Positions 1 through 11,074 of a DNA stretch of 64,000 nucleotides are shown here, one piece after another. The first letter of the stretch is position 1. The number at the start of each line of letters is the position of its first letter. The position numbers and the translations under genes were made by a program. The notes beneath the pieces are model-generated. The model made no database searches. It saw only the letters and a list, made by a program, of their open reading frames with translations, and was not told where the DNA came from. The stretch is from NCBI GenBank assembly GCA_034780895.1, contig JAUZTB010000118.1:69819669-69883668 (forward strand), read 5' to 3'. Origin of the DNA: Rhynchobatus australiae. Its lineage: Eukaryota.

Positions 1-714
1 GTCATTATGTAATCAGTCCAGCATGGAATCCATGTGCTGGACAACAAGGCATTAAAGGAGCCAAATTGAGGGCCAAACTCAGAACCATGATAGCTTCTTA
101 CCATCCTTCACTTCGTCACCAGTGATGAGAGCTTTCATAACTTGAGGTATTCCTTGGATATCTCTCTCTCTCTCCCTCCCCAAAATGCTCAAACTCTTAC
201 TTCTTTACACTTCTTTTACAGTCTTTCAACAAGCCTACATTTTGGCCTTGCTTGAGTAGTTTAAGACTTTTTAAAAATCTTTTTCCACAGCTTGTTAATT
301 GGTCTCTGACCATTTATCTGTAAATGGTCTACAAATAGGACTATTAAAACAAGTAAGAAGGCAGATTAGACAGGTGCAGCCTGAGTCATTAATTCTTATC
401 TCAGCATCATGAAATGTTAGTAAGGGAAATAAATCATTAAAAAATTTGAAGGCCTCAAAATATGCTGGGTAAACATTAGGGTGGAATTGCTTAATACGTT
501 TGCATATAATACCATTATGACTACAATATAGAGAGATTAGCCAACATTTCTTTAACAATAGAAGATTGGAATCAAAAGGTAAGACATTTAAGCATTTGAA
601 TACAAGTACTTGCATTCTGCAATTTCAAAGTCATAACTGTTCCACTTCCATTATACAGAAAGATTTGCTGTAAAATATATTTTTCATGCTCTGATGTGGA
701 GCTGCAAAAATTCT

Positions 715-915
715 AGGACTGATTCCTGGTCTGTGGTGAGTTAACTGATATCCATTGGGATGGTGGTTTTAGCAGCTGTGACCTAAGATGGTCACTGCCC
801 TGTGACCATCATTGTTATATATGTATGTGCGCTGATTGAGGAGAAGATGAACAAATGTTGTGGTGCTATATGAAGTTCAATTCCCCTCTGTTTCATGTGA
901 ACTAACACTCCTGTG
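715..915 (+). mobile_element. Ancient tRNA-derived SINE remnant (AmnSINE2-like)
   Basis: 'gattcctggtctgtggtgagttaactgatatcc' and 'gtatgtgcgctgattgaggagaagat' resemble my recollection of the AmnSINE2 core; highly diverged. Confidence 0.35.
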
Positions 916-1119
916 GTGAAGGCCAATGTTTGAAACTTCTAATTATTCACATATTGATGTAAATTTTCAATCTTACTGTATATGGTTTTATTTCAGATTT
1001 CCAAAATTAATGGTTTCTAATGTTGGATTTTATTCTGCATTAGAGGGTCAACCCAGCTCTTTCATCCACTCTGAATCTGTTGTATCCTGCACAGCAAGGC
1101 ATCCTCCTTTATATTGCTA

Positions 1120-1321
1120 TGTTACGGACTAGGTTACAATTAGTNNNNNNNNNNNNNNNNNNNNNNNNNNNNNNNNNNNNNNNNNNNNNNNNNNNNNNNN
1201 NNNNNNNNNNNNNNNNNNNNNNNNNNNNNNNNNNNNNNNNNNNNTTATCATAAGTAGTTATTAATAGTTTTTAACACTTATACATGTCTCAGTGTGTTTC
1301 TGTTGTTGCTGGTACGTAACA
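1120..1321 (+). mobile_element. Solo LTR (Gypsy-type), middle hidden by an N gap
   Basis: Termini TGTTACG...CGTAACA (7-bp inverted, TG..CA); 4-bp TSD GCTA at 1116-1119 and 1322-1325; a second, inverted copy of the 3' part at 8330-8406 retains AATAAA. Confidence 0.7.
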
Positions 1322-1391
1322 GCTATTACCTGGAGAATAAAATAAAACTTTAAATATTCTTTAGTGTTAAGAATCAGGGATAAATACTTAC

Positions 1392-1408
1392 CTGCACCAG
1401 CATCAGAG
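1392..1408 (-). CDS. Candidate 17-nt micro-exon (end of signal peptide, ..SDAGA)
   Basis: Minus strand reads catacag|CTCTGATGCTGGTGCAG|gtaagtat, a perfect donor. Phase 2 in and phase 1 out fits the 5288-5334 exon. The acceptor is weak. Confidence 0.3.
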
Positions 1409-4400
1409 CTGTATGTCATAATAAGTAGATTGTCCTATCCATCTATGACATGTTAAGTCTTAGGTTCCTTACCATCCCTGTCTGTACCACTTCTTGTTTT
1501 CATGTTTGGTTAATCTGTTTTAAAAATTCAACCTGTTTTGTGCACTAAATTGCTTCTGAAATTGGTTTTGATTTTCTTTAGCAGAACTGAATTTCAGAAG
1601 CTGAGTTCGATATACATACAGTATATTCCCATATTATACATTAATCTGTATAACCTTTCTAACTCCTTTTCCATTGTAAATTCCTATGTACAAATTTGTA
1701 ATTGGATATGACTATATAAACTTTCAACTTATTGGTATCTGGCTATTACACAATCTAGCCTCTGTCCTCATAATTTTCTCAAGCCTTTTAAATTTTTTTT
1801 CATTGCTAATTATACCTCAGTAACTGAAACATTAATGAAAAATTCACAGTAATACAAAATACCAATTACATTATCTCCTGAGTCTTTTGATGCCTTCATT
1901 AAAATGTTACCTGAAAGTCTCAGATTCATCGGGGAGTTTGGGTTTGGACTTAATATTTTTGCTCTGAAATGTCATTCTGTGATTTGAATTTGGATAATGG
2001 GGCCAAATCATGGCTAGTGTATGGAAATTCCAGCATGCATCAGTATCATTCTGACAACTCCACTGACACTATATTCTCCTTCAGCTACAACTTTCAGCTC
2101 AGCAGATTTTCTTCAAGAAATTTTTGAAAAAACAATTTTCAAAAGCTTGGTTGAGATAAAATTTATGACTTATTTTTAAAGAATGTTATACATTCCTGCA
2201 TGAGATATTGAGAATGTGCCAATGAAATCCTGGCAGCAGCTTTTGTTTTGTGCTCTATAAACTTCAGGAAAATATGAAGAGATAATTGCTGGAGTGAGTA
2301 TCTTCTGTTTCTGTCTCGTCTGCCATGCCTTGCAAGAAGTTGAACCTTGAAGCACATTGAGGCAGGCAGGAAGACTCCTGATGCTATGAATTCTTGCTCC
2401 TTTCCCTCAGTCAGGAACTAACATATTCGTGGAGGCCAGTGCACCGATGCACCTGAATAATTTCAAGCCTTGTGGATATATTTCCTGCTGGTGGAGTTCA
2501 AGTTGGAGAAGCAGCCTTTTCTGAATATGGAATGCAGTAATTTTATTTAAGTGGATTAGACTTTTTATGCAAGGGGAAGGGGGCATCACGGAGGCTAGGA
2601 TCAGGATTTGAGGCCACAGCTGTGCATCATTGTGGAAACATGTAGCTCAGAGCTAGGCTGACCTGTGAAGTTTCAGCTACCTCCCACTGATCTTGTAAAT
2701 TTTGGGAGGAGCCAAGTAACAGTGAGAGAGATGAGGTGATGATAGGGTTTTAGTAGACAGCCACATTCTCCTCCCAGACCCCAGAGTGTAAGCTTAAGTG
2801 ACTCCTGTTCTCACTATGCCCACTACTTCCTACCACACAAGCCATGACCTCCAACCTAAAGAGATGAAAATATAGAGAGGAAGAAGTCAAGAGGAGAAAT
2901 AGCAACAGGAAAACATCCGAGTAAGCAGTATTCGCTGAAATACCAGTCACACCATCGTGGGAGATGTTTAAGCTGTGTTCAAAACATCTACAAGCACATC
3001 CTGCCAACTTTTTCATATAAATTCCCATGTCCACATAGGTAATGAAACGACATTGTAAATTGCCACACTATCCCCAGTGCAAAAGCTGCAGAACAGCTAC
3101 TATAATTGCAGTGTGACATGTTTGCATAGCCAGTTTACATTATGAATGTGTTCCTAAGAATTCATAATGGAAATGCAAAGATAGGAACTGAACGTATGAC
3201 TTTAAAATAGGGCTGAATTCTGTTTGCTTGCCCTGATCCAATTATCCCTCAGCTTCTAACCTCATTCATTGGACCTGAAGATTACACTTGGTCCTGATTC
3301 ACTGCATGCAACACCATGGGAGATTGAACTAGTTAGCCATAAATTGTAGGCACTTGGGGTAATTGTCTCTGTAGCCATTGAAATATAATCTTATTTTACG
3401 CTATCCCTTTCAATAGGCTTAACATTGGAGAGTATTCCTTTCAACATAAACATGAAATGAATTGCAAGAACCTCTGGAGAATGGAGCTTTGAATGGTCAG
3501 TCATCATCTAAAAATGCATTGAGATTCACATGCAGAGATTTTATAATCTAAAACTGGAAACAGTATTGTGGTTATTACCATAAACATTTCCTTAGTGTGC
3601 CTCCCTATCACTGTAATTCAGTTCTTTCCTTCCTTTGATCATTATAGCTAAAAGGATGAAATTTAAACATATAAAGTAATGATACTGACAACAGCAATAT
3701 GATGTTTCTGAAAATAACTGGAAATGGCAGGAACAAACTATAAGTGGATTTTCTAAAATTATGTAATTAAAAGTGAAGAAAGTTCTTCTAACAACTTAAT
3801 TTAATCAGTTTAAATTAACTTTGAGGCATTTAAAAAAATGACTGCTCTTGATGAAAGAGTCAGCTTTTTTCCACATATTGATCAAACCCCTGGAATGAAA
3901 AGAAGTAACACTGAAGCAGACTTGGCCCAGGAGGCTGGAGGGGTTTGTTGGAGCTGTAAACATTGGCAGCAACAATACACTATTCTCTTTTCAGCTGAAA
4001 GAATATCTAAATAATGGGTTGAAATACCAGGTCTCTAGCAAAGTACAGTAGAAATCCTCAAAGCCACAGAAAGAATATCTGATGCTATAGCTAATAACGA
4101 AACAAGTTTCTTTGGAACTCTGCTCTCAGTTTCACAATATCCTCCACCACAGTCAGCCTCTGAATAATAAGTGGCACAGCTGCAGTGCTGTATAAATATG
4201 TTTCTGCTGCATCCATTACAAAGTCTGAAAATCTGTAAAGCAATCACTGCCTGCTGGCAGAGACAAGCTTCGATGTCAATTTTAGTAACAAGTTGTTTTA
4301 TTTCTTTCAATATCAAAGCCCTGTTGTCCACAAAAGCACACCCTTTGAAATGCATTGTGCAGTATCACTGTGGACCTTTTAATAGCATAGCATCATCAAA

Positions 4401-5287
4401 AAAAATTACCAGCAGTGACTAATGGGGACTGTCTTCAAAGTGAGGTGCTTTTCTGGTGTTGCGTGTCTGAGTTTGTTTTCTCATATGACCCACTTGATCT
4501 TTGCAGTTATAATGGATCATAAACAGCTGAGTCCTCATTCTGTGGTTTAATTTGTACTTACCCAAAAAACCTGAAAAAGACCTGGTGAGGTAAAGACTCA
4601 GGTTTCATCCTGTGAAATTGATCAGAGAACAAATTAATTGTCATGAACTGATTCCTGAAGCAATTTAAATGCAAGTGGCCAAAGCAAGCAGAGTTTCCTT
4701 CATATTATAGCTTGCTGCTGTTTTTGGTGTCATACTGACAACTTCCAGTTTTGTCTTTGATCCTTTTGTTAGGCTTCAATAAACACAGACTTCGCTCAAT
4801 AAGCAAAATTTGTCCTTTTATAGGATTATTGGTGAATTAGTCACTAATTATGTCATTGGTAATTAATCATCTGTTCAATGTTTATCTTGCAGAGAAATTC
4901 AGGTGAAATTTACTGTGTGGCACACTGCCAGCATCAAAAGGGGAAATGATAGGATGTATCAGCATCTAGCAGTTAGGTGACACAAAAAAAAATAGAAGTT
5001 CTGTCAAGTACTGCCCATTTTGGGGGCATTAAATAGCTTCCTAAACCTCCAACATAATATATGCTTAGAATGAGCCTGATGTGTACCACAAGCCCTAATT
5101 GTTAAAGTTGAAAGAAATCAGAGTGTAATGCCTATAACATATGTAAGACCATTTTCACCTGCACATAAGCCTGCTTAAAGCTCTGCAAAATTGTCTTGTT
5201 CTGTGGCAGCTGGAGCTGGCTTTACTCAGGAAATCCAGATCTATATGCTGCCATAACCAATAAACTGAGATTTAAAAACATTCTTAC

Positions 5288-5334
5288 CTGAACGTAGAGG
5301 CAAGGAAGAGCAGGAGTACCCCTAACCAACTCAT
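5288..5334 (-). CDS. Candidate first coding exon encoding a signal peptide (MSWLGVLLLFLASTF..)
   Basis: Exon 5382-5288 is bounded by gtttccataacag| and CAG|gtaaga; start context aaacATGa; hydrophobic core. No frame reads through the whole exon, so any CDS must start inside it. Confidence 0.35.
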
Positions 5335-5589
5335 GTTTAAAGAAGCTAGTCAGCACCATGATAGTAAATCAAAAGCCAATGCCTGTTATGGAAACAAGCG
5401 TCAGGCTTCCTCATTTGGTACACTGATTGACCTCCCATTTGTGGGAGAAGGCAAAGTCTGAGTAAAATGGAAATAGCCCATTTGGAAAAGAAAGTTAATT
5501 TTTTTTAATCTAGCCATTGTAGACTTGATGGACAAGGTGACCTTTTCCTACCCAGATATTTTTACATATTGACAACCAGAAACTAAAGG

Positions 5590-5930
5590 GGTCCAACAGG
5601 GATTGGTGGTGGGTCCTCAACTACTAAAAATCTGTATTTTCACTTGGATGAAGGGACTGGGTGTTCTTTAAGCAAATTTGCAAATGTTTTTAAAATAGGC
5701 GGGTTAGCAAGTTGTTAGGACACAAAAAGTCTGCAAAGAGACATAGATGGTTCAGTGAATGTGCAAGAAGTTGGCAGAGGGAGTGTAATTTGGGAAAATA
5801 CTACATTATCCACTTTGGAATGAAGAATGAGAAAGAAAATTATCAATTAAAGGGAATGAAAACACAAAATGTTGTGGTACAAAGAGAGTTGTGAGTCCTA
5901 ATAATGAAAGACAAAATATTAGCATGTATG
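5590..5930 (+). mobile_element. CR1 LINE RT fragment (degraded)
   Basis: Decayed PQGSVLGP / LDEG / SKFADD region followed by the 'IHFG.KN.K..Y.L.G' CR1 motif (ORF 5712..5894). Confidence 0.75.
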
Positions 5931-6439
5931 TATGAGGTCATTTCAGTCCACATATGCAGTGTAATTACCAATATCTCCAAGTTTGATGTGCACGGTCGCA
6001 CAAAGATATCAATGCTTTCTACTGTAGGAGAAAAATGGAAAATTTTGTTCCCAAAGTGACATAGGTCAAGTGAGCATAAGACACAGGATGGATTGTAGGC
6101 CTTCCCATGGGTTAAAACTGTTCCCAACTTTGTATCCTCGTCATCAAAGTCACTTCCTAAGCATTGAGGTCAGTGACTGGAGGCAGCACATAATACTCGC
6201 CTGGTCTCAGTACTCTGGTAGCATTGAGCGCACCTTCACCCAGCACCTGTCCTCTAACCTACCCCTATTTCTGTCAGATTATCAAGTCACAAGCTAGCTG
6301 CTGGATATGACTACAGGCTTCTGTCAGGAACCTATGCTCTGCCACATGTTGCAAAGCCACTATTGGAAACCTTAGGCAAGCTCAGATAATGCTTTCTGAA
6401 ACAGCTGGATCTGGATAAACATCAACATCCCGAACTATC

Positions 6440-6575
6440 CATTGAGGGGATCAAAGGAATTCGGCTTTGTGCAGGTGGATGGTGCCTAAGTAAATGATGA
6501 GCTTTGATCTTCCTGAATGAAGGTGCAGGAATGAAGAGCTGAATGGCCCATTCCAGCTTAGATTTCTTATTCTTA
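6440..6575 (+). mobile_element. CR1 3' tail
   Basis: 'gaatgaaggtgcaggaatgaagagctgaatggcccattccagct..tttcttattctta' is a typical chondrichthyan CR1 terminus. Confidence 0.65.
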
Positions 6576-7102
6576 AAAGCTTATCATGGGAGATGTAATT
6601 CTGTTTTCTACTGCTCATATAGTAAATGGCATTAAGCCAATACTGTACCAGAGTGCTGTGATACAGGGATAAAAACAGTTCTATGTTTATCTATTAAGTC
6701 AATGACACTAAATTAATTTTGCATGCTAGGAGGAGCATAGGCTAGATTGTAGCAGATGAGGCTGCAGAAATATACATATTAGGTCAATACTGAGAGAAGA
6801 ATAAAAAATGAAGCAGATTAGTATAACGTAAACATCAAGTATATGCAGTTTTTTATTTTCATCTGTAATATAAACAATAACAGAGGTTCATATTTTGCAG
6901 AAATTTTTTATCTTGATCATCAGACTTGGATAGTAGCTGGCAAAGGAGCAGTTCTCCCTGCTGATTTAAGCTATAATCTGTCTTATATTTATAAGGTGGC
7001 TTATTTTATTTCCCTTTTTGTTACCGTATTTCTCTTTACCCCAACACTGCTGACAGCAAAGCACCATTTGGGGTTGAATTTTTGCTTCCCAACACATTGC
7101 GA

Positions 7103-7525
7103 GTCAGGGTCAGAATCAGAATCAGGTTTATCATCACAATATGATGTGAAATTTGTTATTTTGCAGCAGCAGCACAGTACAAGACAGAAAATCTATAAAT
7201 TACAAAAATAAATAAATAGTGCAATTACAAAGGAATAATGAGATAGTGTTGACACAAGAAATTCTGCAGATGCTGGAATTTGGAGCAATATACAAAAAGT
7301 GCTGGAGGAACTCAGCAGGTCAGGCAACATCCAAGCATCAGGCAGCGGGTCAGGTAGTGTTCATGGATTGTTCAGAAATCTGATGGCAGAGGGGATGAAG
7401 CTGTTCCTGAATCATTGAATTTGCACTGTCAGGCTCCTGTACCTCCTCCCTGATGGTAGTAATGAGAAGAGGGCATGTCCTGGATGGTGAGGGTCCTTAA
7501 AGATGGATGCTGCCTTCTGGAGGCC
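7103..7525 (-). mobile_element. Rex1/Babar LINE 3' end, interrupted by a mini-element at 7251-7351
   Basis: Minus strand encodes HPGHALFSLLPSGRRYRSL...FRNSFIPSAIRFLN; (TCTGAT)n-type tail at 7110-7125. Confidence 0.8.
7251..7351 (-). mobile_element. Penelope terminal-repeat fragment with 10-bp TSD
   Basis: gacacaag..ctgcagatgctgg..ctggaggaactcagc is the reverse complement of the PLE 3' ends in this window; flanked by agatagtgtt (7241-7250) and aggtagtgtt (7352-7361). Confidence 0.75.
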
Positions 7526-7754
7526 ATTTCAGTGATAAAATGTACAGCTGTTGAGGAAACATTGGAACATTGTGGGGTCCAAGAATTCTGTAATTTTCTT
7601 TCAGGGTTCCCTAGATATCTAATGTGTTAGCACATGGGGGCTGCTGGACATGTGCTCTGGCATTGATAGTGAGTGATGCATAACTAGACATTACTTCTGT
7701 GATTTTTGGTAGACATGCAACAAAGTGGCCACTGCTGTGGAAACAGGTGAAGTA

Positions 7755-7922
7755 CTCTGCCACCAGATTTCTGAACAGTCCATCAACCCATGAACATTAC
7801 CTTGTTATTCCTTTTATTTTGCACTGTTTATTTATTTCTGAAATTTATAGTAATTTTACATCTTGCTGCCACAAAACAATTTCATGTCATATAAGTCAGT
7901 GATAATAAATCTGATTTTGATT
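7755..7922 (+). mobile_element. Rex1/Babar 3' end
   Basis: Reverse complement of the 7105-7390 region (ctctgccaccagatttctgaac...aataaatctgattttgatt). Confidence 0.75.
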
Positions 7923-8154
7923 ACTACGGTCCTCTGTCCAAGCACTCTCAAACAGCACCCCCAAATTGTGACACCTCATTGATCATGAGACTGACACAGT
8001 CCAACCCCTTCAACTGTGAAGACAACATGTGTACAATCCATTTTATGAAGAACAATGGCATGGACCCTTTTCACCGCGTTGTGGTGCTACATTTTTAGAG
8101 GGTTCCCCATGTCTCTATTCATCGAGCCTACATATCTGCTTGGAATTTGAGCTC

Positions 8155-9815
8155 ATCATCTTCTTCTTCAGCAGTTCCTTGGGATCAAGGATGACTTGCT
8201 CCCACACCAGTTCTGTAGATTATGAGGTGGACTTAGGCACAAGTGGGGCTCAAGATGTTTGATGGGAGTGGATAAGTGGACAGATTGGTTTCACTGGGCT
8301 TCCATGTGGTCCCACCAAAAACACTCAAGGTTACAAACCAGCAACAAAAGAAACACACCAAGACATGTATAAGTGTTAAAAACTACTTTATTAATAACTA
8401 CTTATGNNNNNNNNNNNNNNNNNNNNNNNNNNNNNNNNNNNNNNNNNNNNNNNNNNNNNNNNNNNNNNNNNNNNNNNNNNNNNNNNNNNNNNNNNNNNNN
8501 NNNNNNNNNNTGGTTTTGGGCATGCATTCACTATGGGCGATGCTTGCCCACTAGAGTTGACTAAAGTTAATATGAGCTTTGATGATGGGAATGTTGCCCT
8601 GGGAAAAGATTCTGACTTTGGCTTGCTATCTTGCCAGTGGATTTGGAGGATTTTGAAGAGACAATATTGGTGGTACCTCTCCATTGCTTTAAAGTGTCTG
8701 TGGTAGGAAATCCATGACTCAGAAAGATCCAGGATGCAGGTATCACAGTTGTCTGGTAGACCACAGATTTTGTACCAAGTTTTGAGGTCTTGATCTCCAA
8801 ACTCTTTTTTTTGAACCTCCAAACAGGTTCTGCTGGTGCACTGGAAACAATGGTGAATTTCACCATTGATGTCTGCCACCACTGAGTATTCAAAAATGGT
8901 CTGTGTTTTCTAGGATCATATTATGTGGCATTTATTGTTGGACAGCAGTATTGTGCAGCTGGGACAGATTGGTAGAGGACCCTTGCTTTGCAGATGTTAA
9001 ACCTAAGGCCCATTTTCTGATACACTTCAGTGATTGTGTCAAAGACTTGTAACATAACCTTCGAATATGTACATGTACCACCACTACCCGTGCCAGAGTT
9101 CTTTGACTGAGGTTGGTGTAACCTTGCTTCTGGAGTGGAAGATGCATTAGTTGAACTGTTTCCCATTTATCCTGCAGATTGGGTCTATTGCAGTGGGAAG
9201 TATGTTGCAGATGAGGTGTCGCACTGTAGTGAAAAANNNNNNNNNNNNNNNNNNNNNNNNNNNNNNNNNNNNNNNNNNNNNNNNNNNNNNNNNNNNNNNN
9301 NNNNNNNNNNNNNNNNNNNNNNNNNNNNNNNNNNNNNNNNNNNNNNNNNNNNNNNNNNNNNNNNNNNNNNNNNNNNNNNNNNNNNNNNNNNNNNNNNNNN
9401 NNNNNNNNNNNNNNNNNNNNNNNNNNNNNNNNNNNNNNNNNNNNNNNNNNNNNNNNNNNNNNNNNNNNNNNNNNNNNNNNNNNNNNNNNNNNNNNNNNNN
9501 NNNNNNNNNNNNNNNNCTTGCATGCCATCATGCAGCAGACATAAAATGGAAATGAATTTCTATGGACAACCAAAATTAAGGAGGATTCTCCATAGTCCCT
9601 CAAGATTGACAGATTCAAAGGATTCAAATTGCAATGATCCTTGCCAGCCACCTCTTCCCAGTTGTTGAAGAGCTGCTTTATAAACCATGGCATGTATTCT
9701 GTCCATCAAGTGGTACAACAGACATGATCCCTATTGTGTGACAACTCCAAGAAAAATGTAGGGGGGAACGTCAACTACTATACCTTTATAAAAAACCTTT
9801 GACTTAGTCAACCCA
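8155..9815 (-). mobile_element. RTE-clade (BovB-like) LINE, 5'-truncated with an inverted 5' segment
   Basis: Minus strand: FESVNLEGLWRILLNFGCP (~9620-9560), ESWISYHRHFKAMERYHQYCLFKILQIHWQD (ORF 8391..8882), RTE-type tail at ~8160-8200. Plus strand 9625-9813: decayed LPVVEEL..PSSGTTDMI..QLQEKCR..KTFDLVN. Confidence 0.85.
8330..8406 (-). mobile_element. Second copy of the 1120-1321 LTR (3' end; remainder in the gap), nested in the RTE
   Basis: gttacaaaccagcaacaaaagaaacacaccaagacatgtataagtgttaaaaacta matches the reverse complement of 1250-1320. Confidence 0.75.
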
Positions 9816-9884
9816 ATACATCCGTGGACTGTTTCGGGATAAGGGAATTGTGATATGAGCCTGGCTTTCTTACACATATCTGCA

Positions 9885-10820
9885 TAAGGATCATCCTCCA
9901 CCATTTCCACCAGCTCCAACGCGATCCCAGCACCTGTCACGTCTTCTTCTCTCTCCCACTTCTCTGTTTTCAGGACTCCTTGGTCCACTCATCCCTCCCC
10001 ACCCATGCCCCTCCGTCTCCTGGCACTTTCCTCTACAACCAAAGGAGGTATAACACCAGTCTCTTCACTTTCCCCCTCACCACCAGCCAGGGACCTAAAC
10101 AGCTCTTCCAGGTGATGCAGAGATTCACCTGCAACAGGTTCTTACAACCTGGTCTACTGCATTGGATAACCACAATGTGGCCTTCTCTACCAAGCATAGA
10201 CTGGGTGACTATGTTGCAGAACACCTGAGTTCTGTCCACAGTGACCATCTCAAACTTGCTGTTTCATGTCATTTCAACATGCCTTCCGACTCCCACACTG
10301 GCTTGTCTTTCCTTGGCCTTCTCCATTGCCCCAGCCTCCCATCGAAAACTGGAGGAATAATGTCTCATCTTCTGAATTTTGAATTTTCCAACTTCAGGTA
10401 TCCTACATGCCCAGGGCTCTCCTCCCACACACACACACATGCATGTTCAGCTGGTTTTCCTCTCCCCTTGTTCATCCCTCCCATCACCCTCCTCCCACAT
10501 GGTTCCATCTGCCCACATCCTCCCTCCTCCCCTCCCCACCTGGCTCCACCTCTACCAGCCTCTGTCCCACCCTCCTCCCCCACCTGGTTCCATCTGCCCA
10601 TCATCCCCTCCCTATCTGGTTCCCTATCACCTACCATCCTCTATAGCATCCCCTGACATAATGCTGTATACTGGCAATCTTTCCTCTTGCTCTCAGTCCT
10701 GCTGCAGCGTCTCGACCCAAATCATTGACCTTTTGCCTCCACAAATGCAGATTGACCCGCTGAATACGTCCAGTGCTTTGTATTTATTCTAGATTTCAAC
10801 ATTTGCAGCCTCTTTTGTCT
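9885..10820 (+). mobile_element. Penelope-like element 3' part (GIY-YIG region, C-rich 3' region, terminal repeat)
   Basis: QGPKQLFQVMQRFTC and HRLGDYVAEHL..HFN motifs; homologous to 15435-16312 and 58850-59566. Confidence 0.85.
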
Positions 10821-11074
10821 GCAGAAGGGTCTTTCTGTGTTAATAGAACACCTGAACTTTAATGTAGGTAAAGCCTTTAAAATTAATGAACATCCTGGGT
10901 CTTTGCAATTAATGAGATTCTCTGTGATCAAGGGTGGCTTGATAGCCACAGGCATGCCATCAATTATGCCCTTCATTGTGGAAAGCCAGTCAGAGTTGCA
11001 AACCAGAGTCCCTGCTCATTCTGACAGGCCTTCAGGGTGTCAAAATTGATGTAATTGCCTGCCTTTGAAAGCCC

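Noticed and set aside
562-578. Plus-strand 17-nt ag..gtaag micro-exon pattern
   Set aside because: It has no partner exon or meaningful peptide, which shows such patterns arise by chance and tempers the 1392-1408 call.
1384-1394. ATACTTACCTG, identical to the U1 snRNA 5' end
   Set aside because: The match stops after 11 nt; it is better explained as a minus-strand consensus splice donor.
5940-6290. Possible LF-SINE-like remnant
   Set aside because: Similarity to the recalled consensus is too weak to support by eye.
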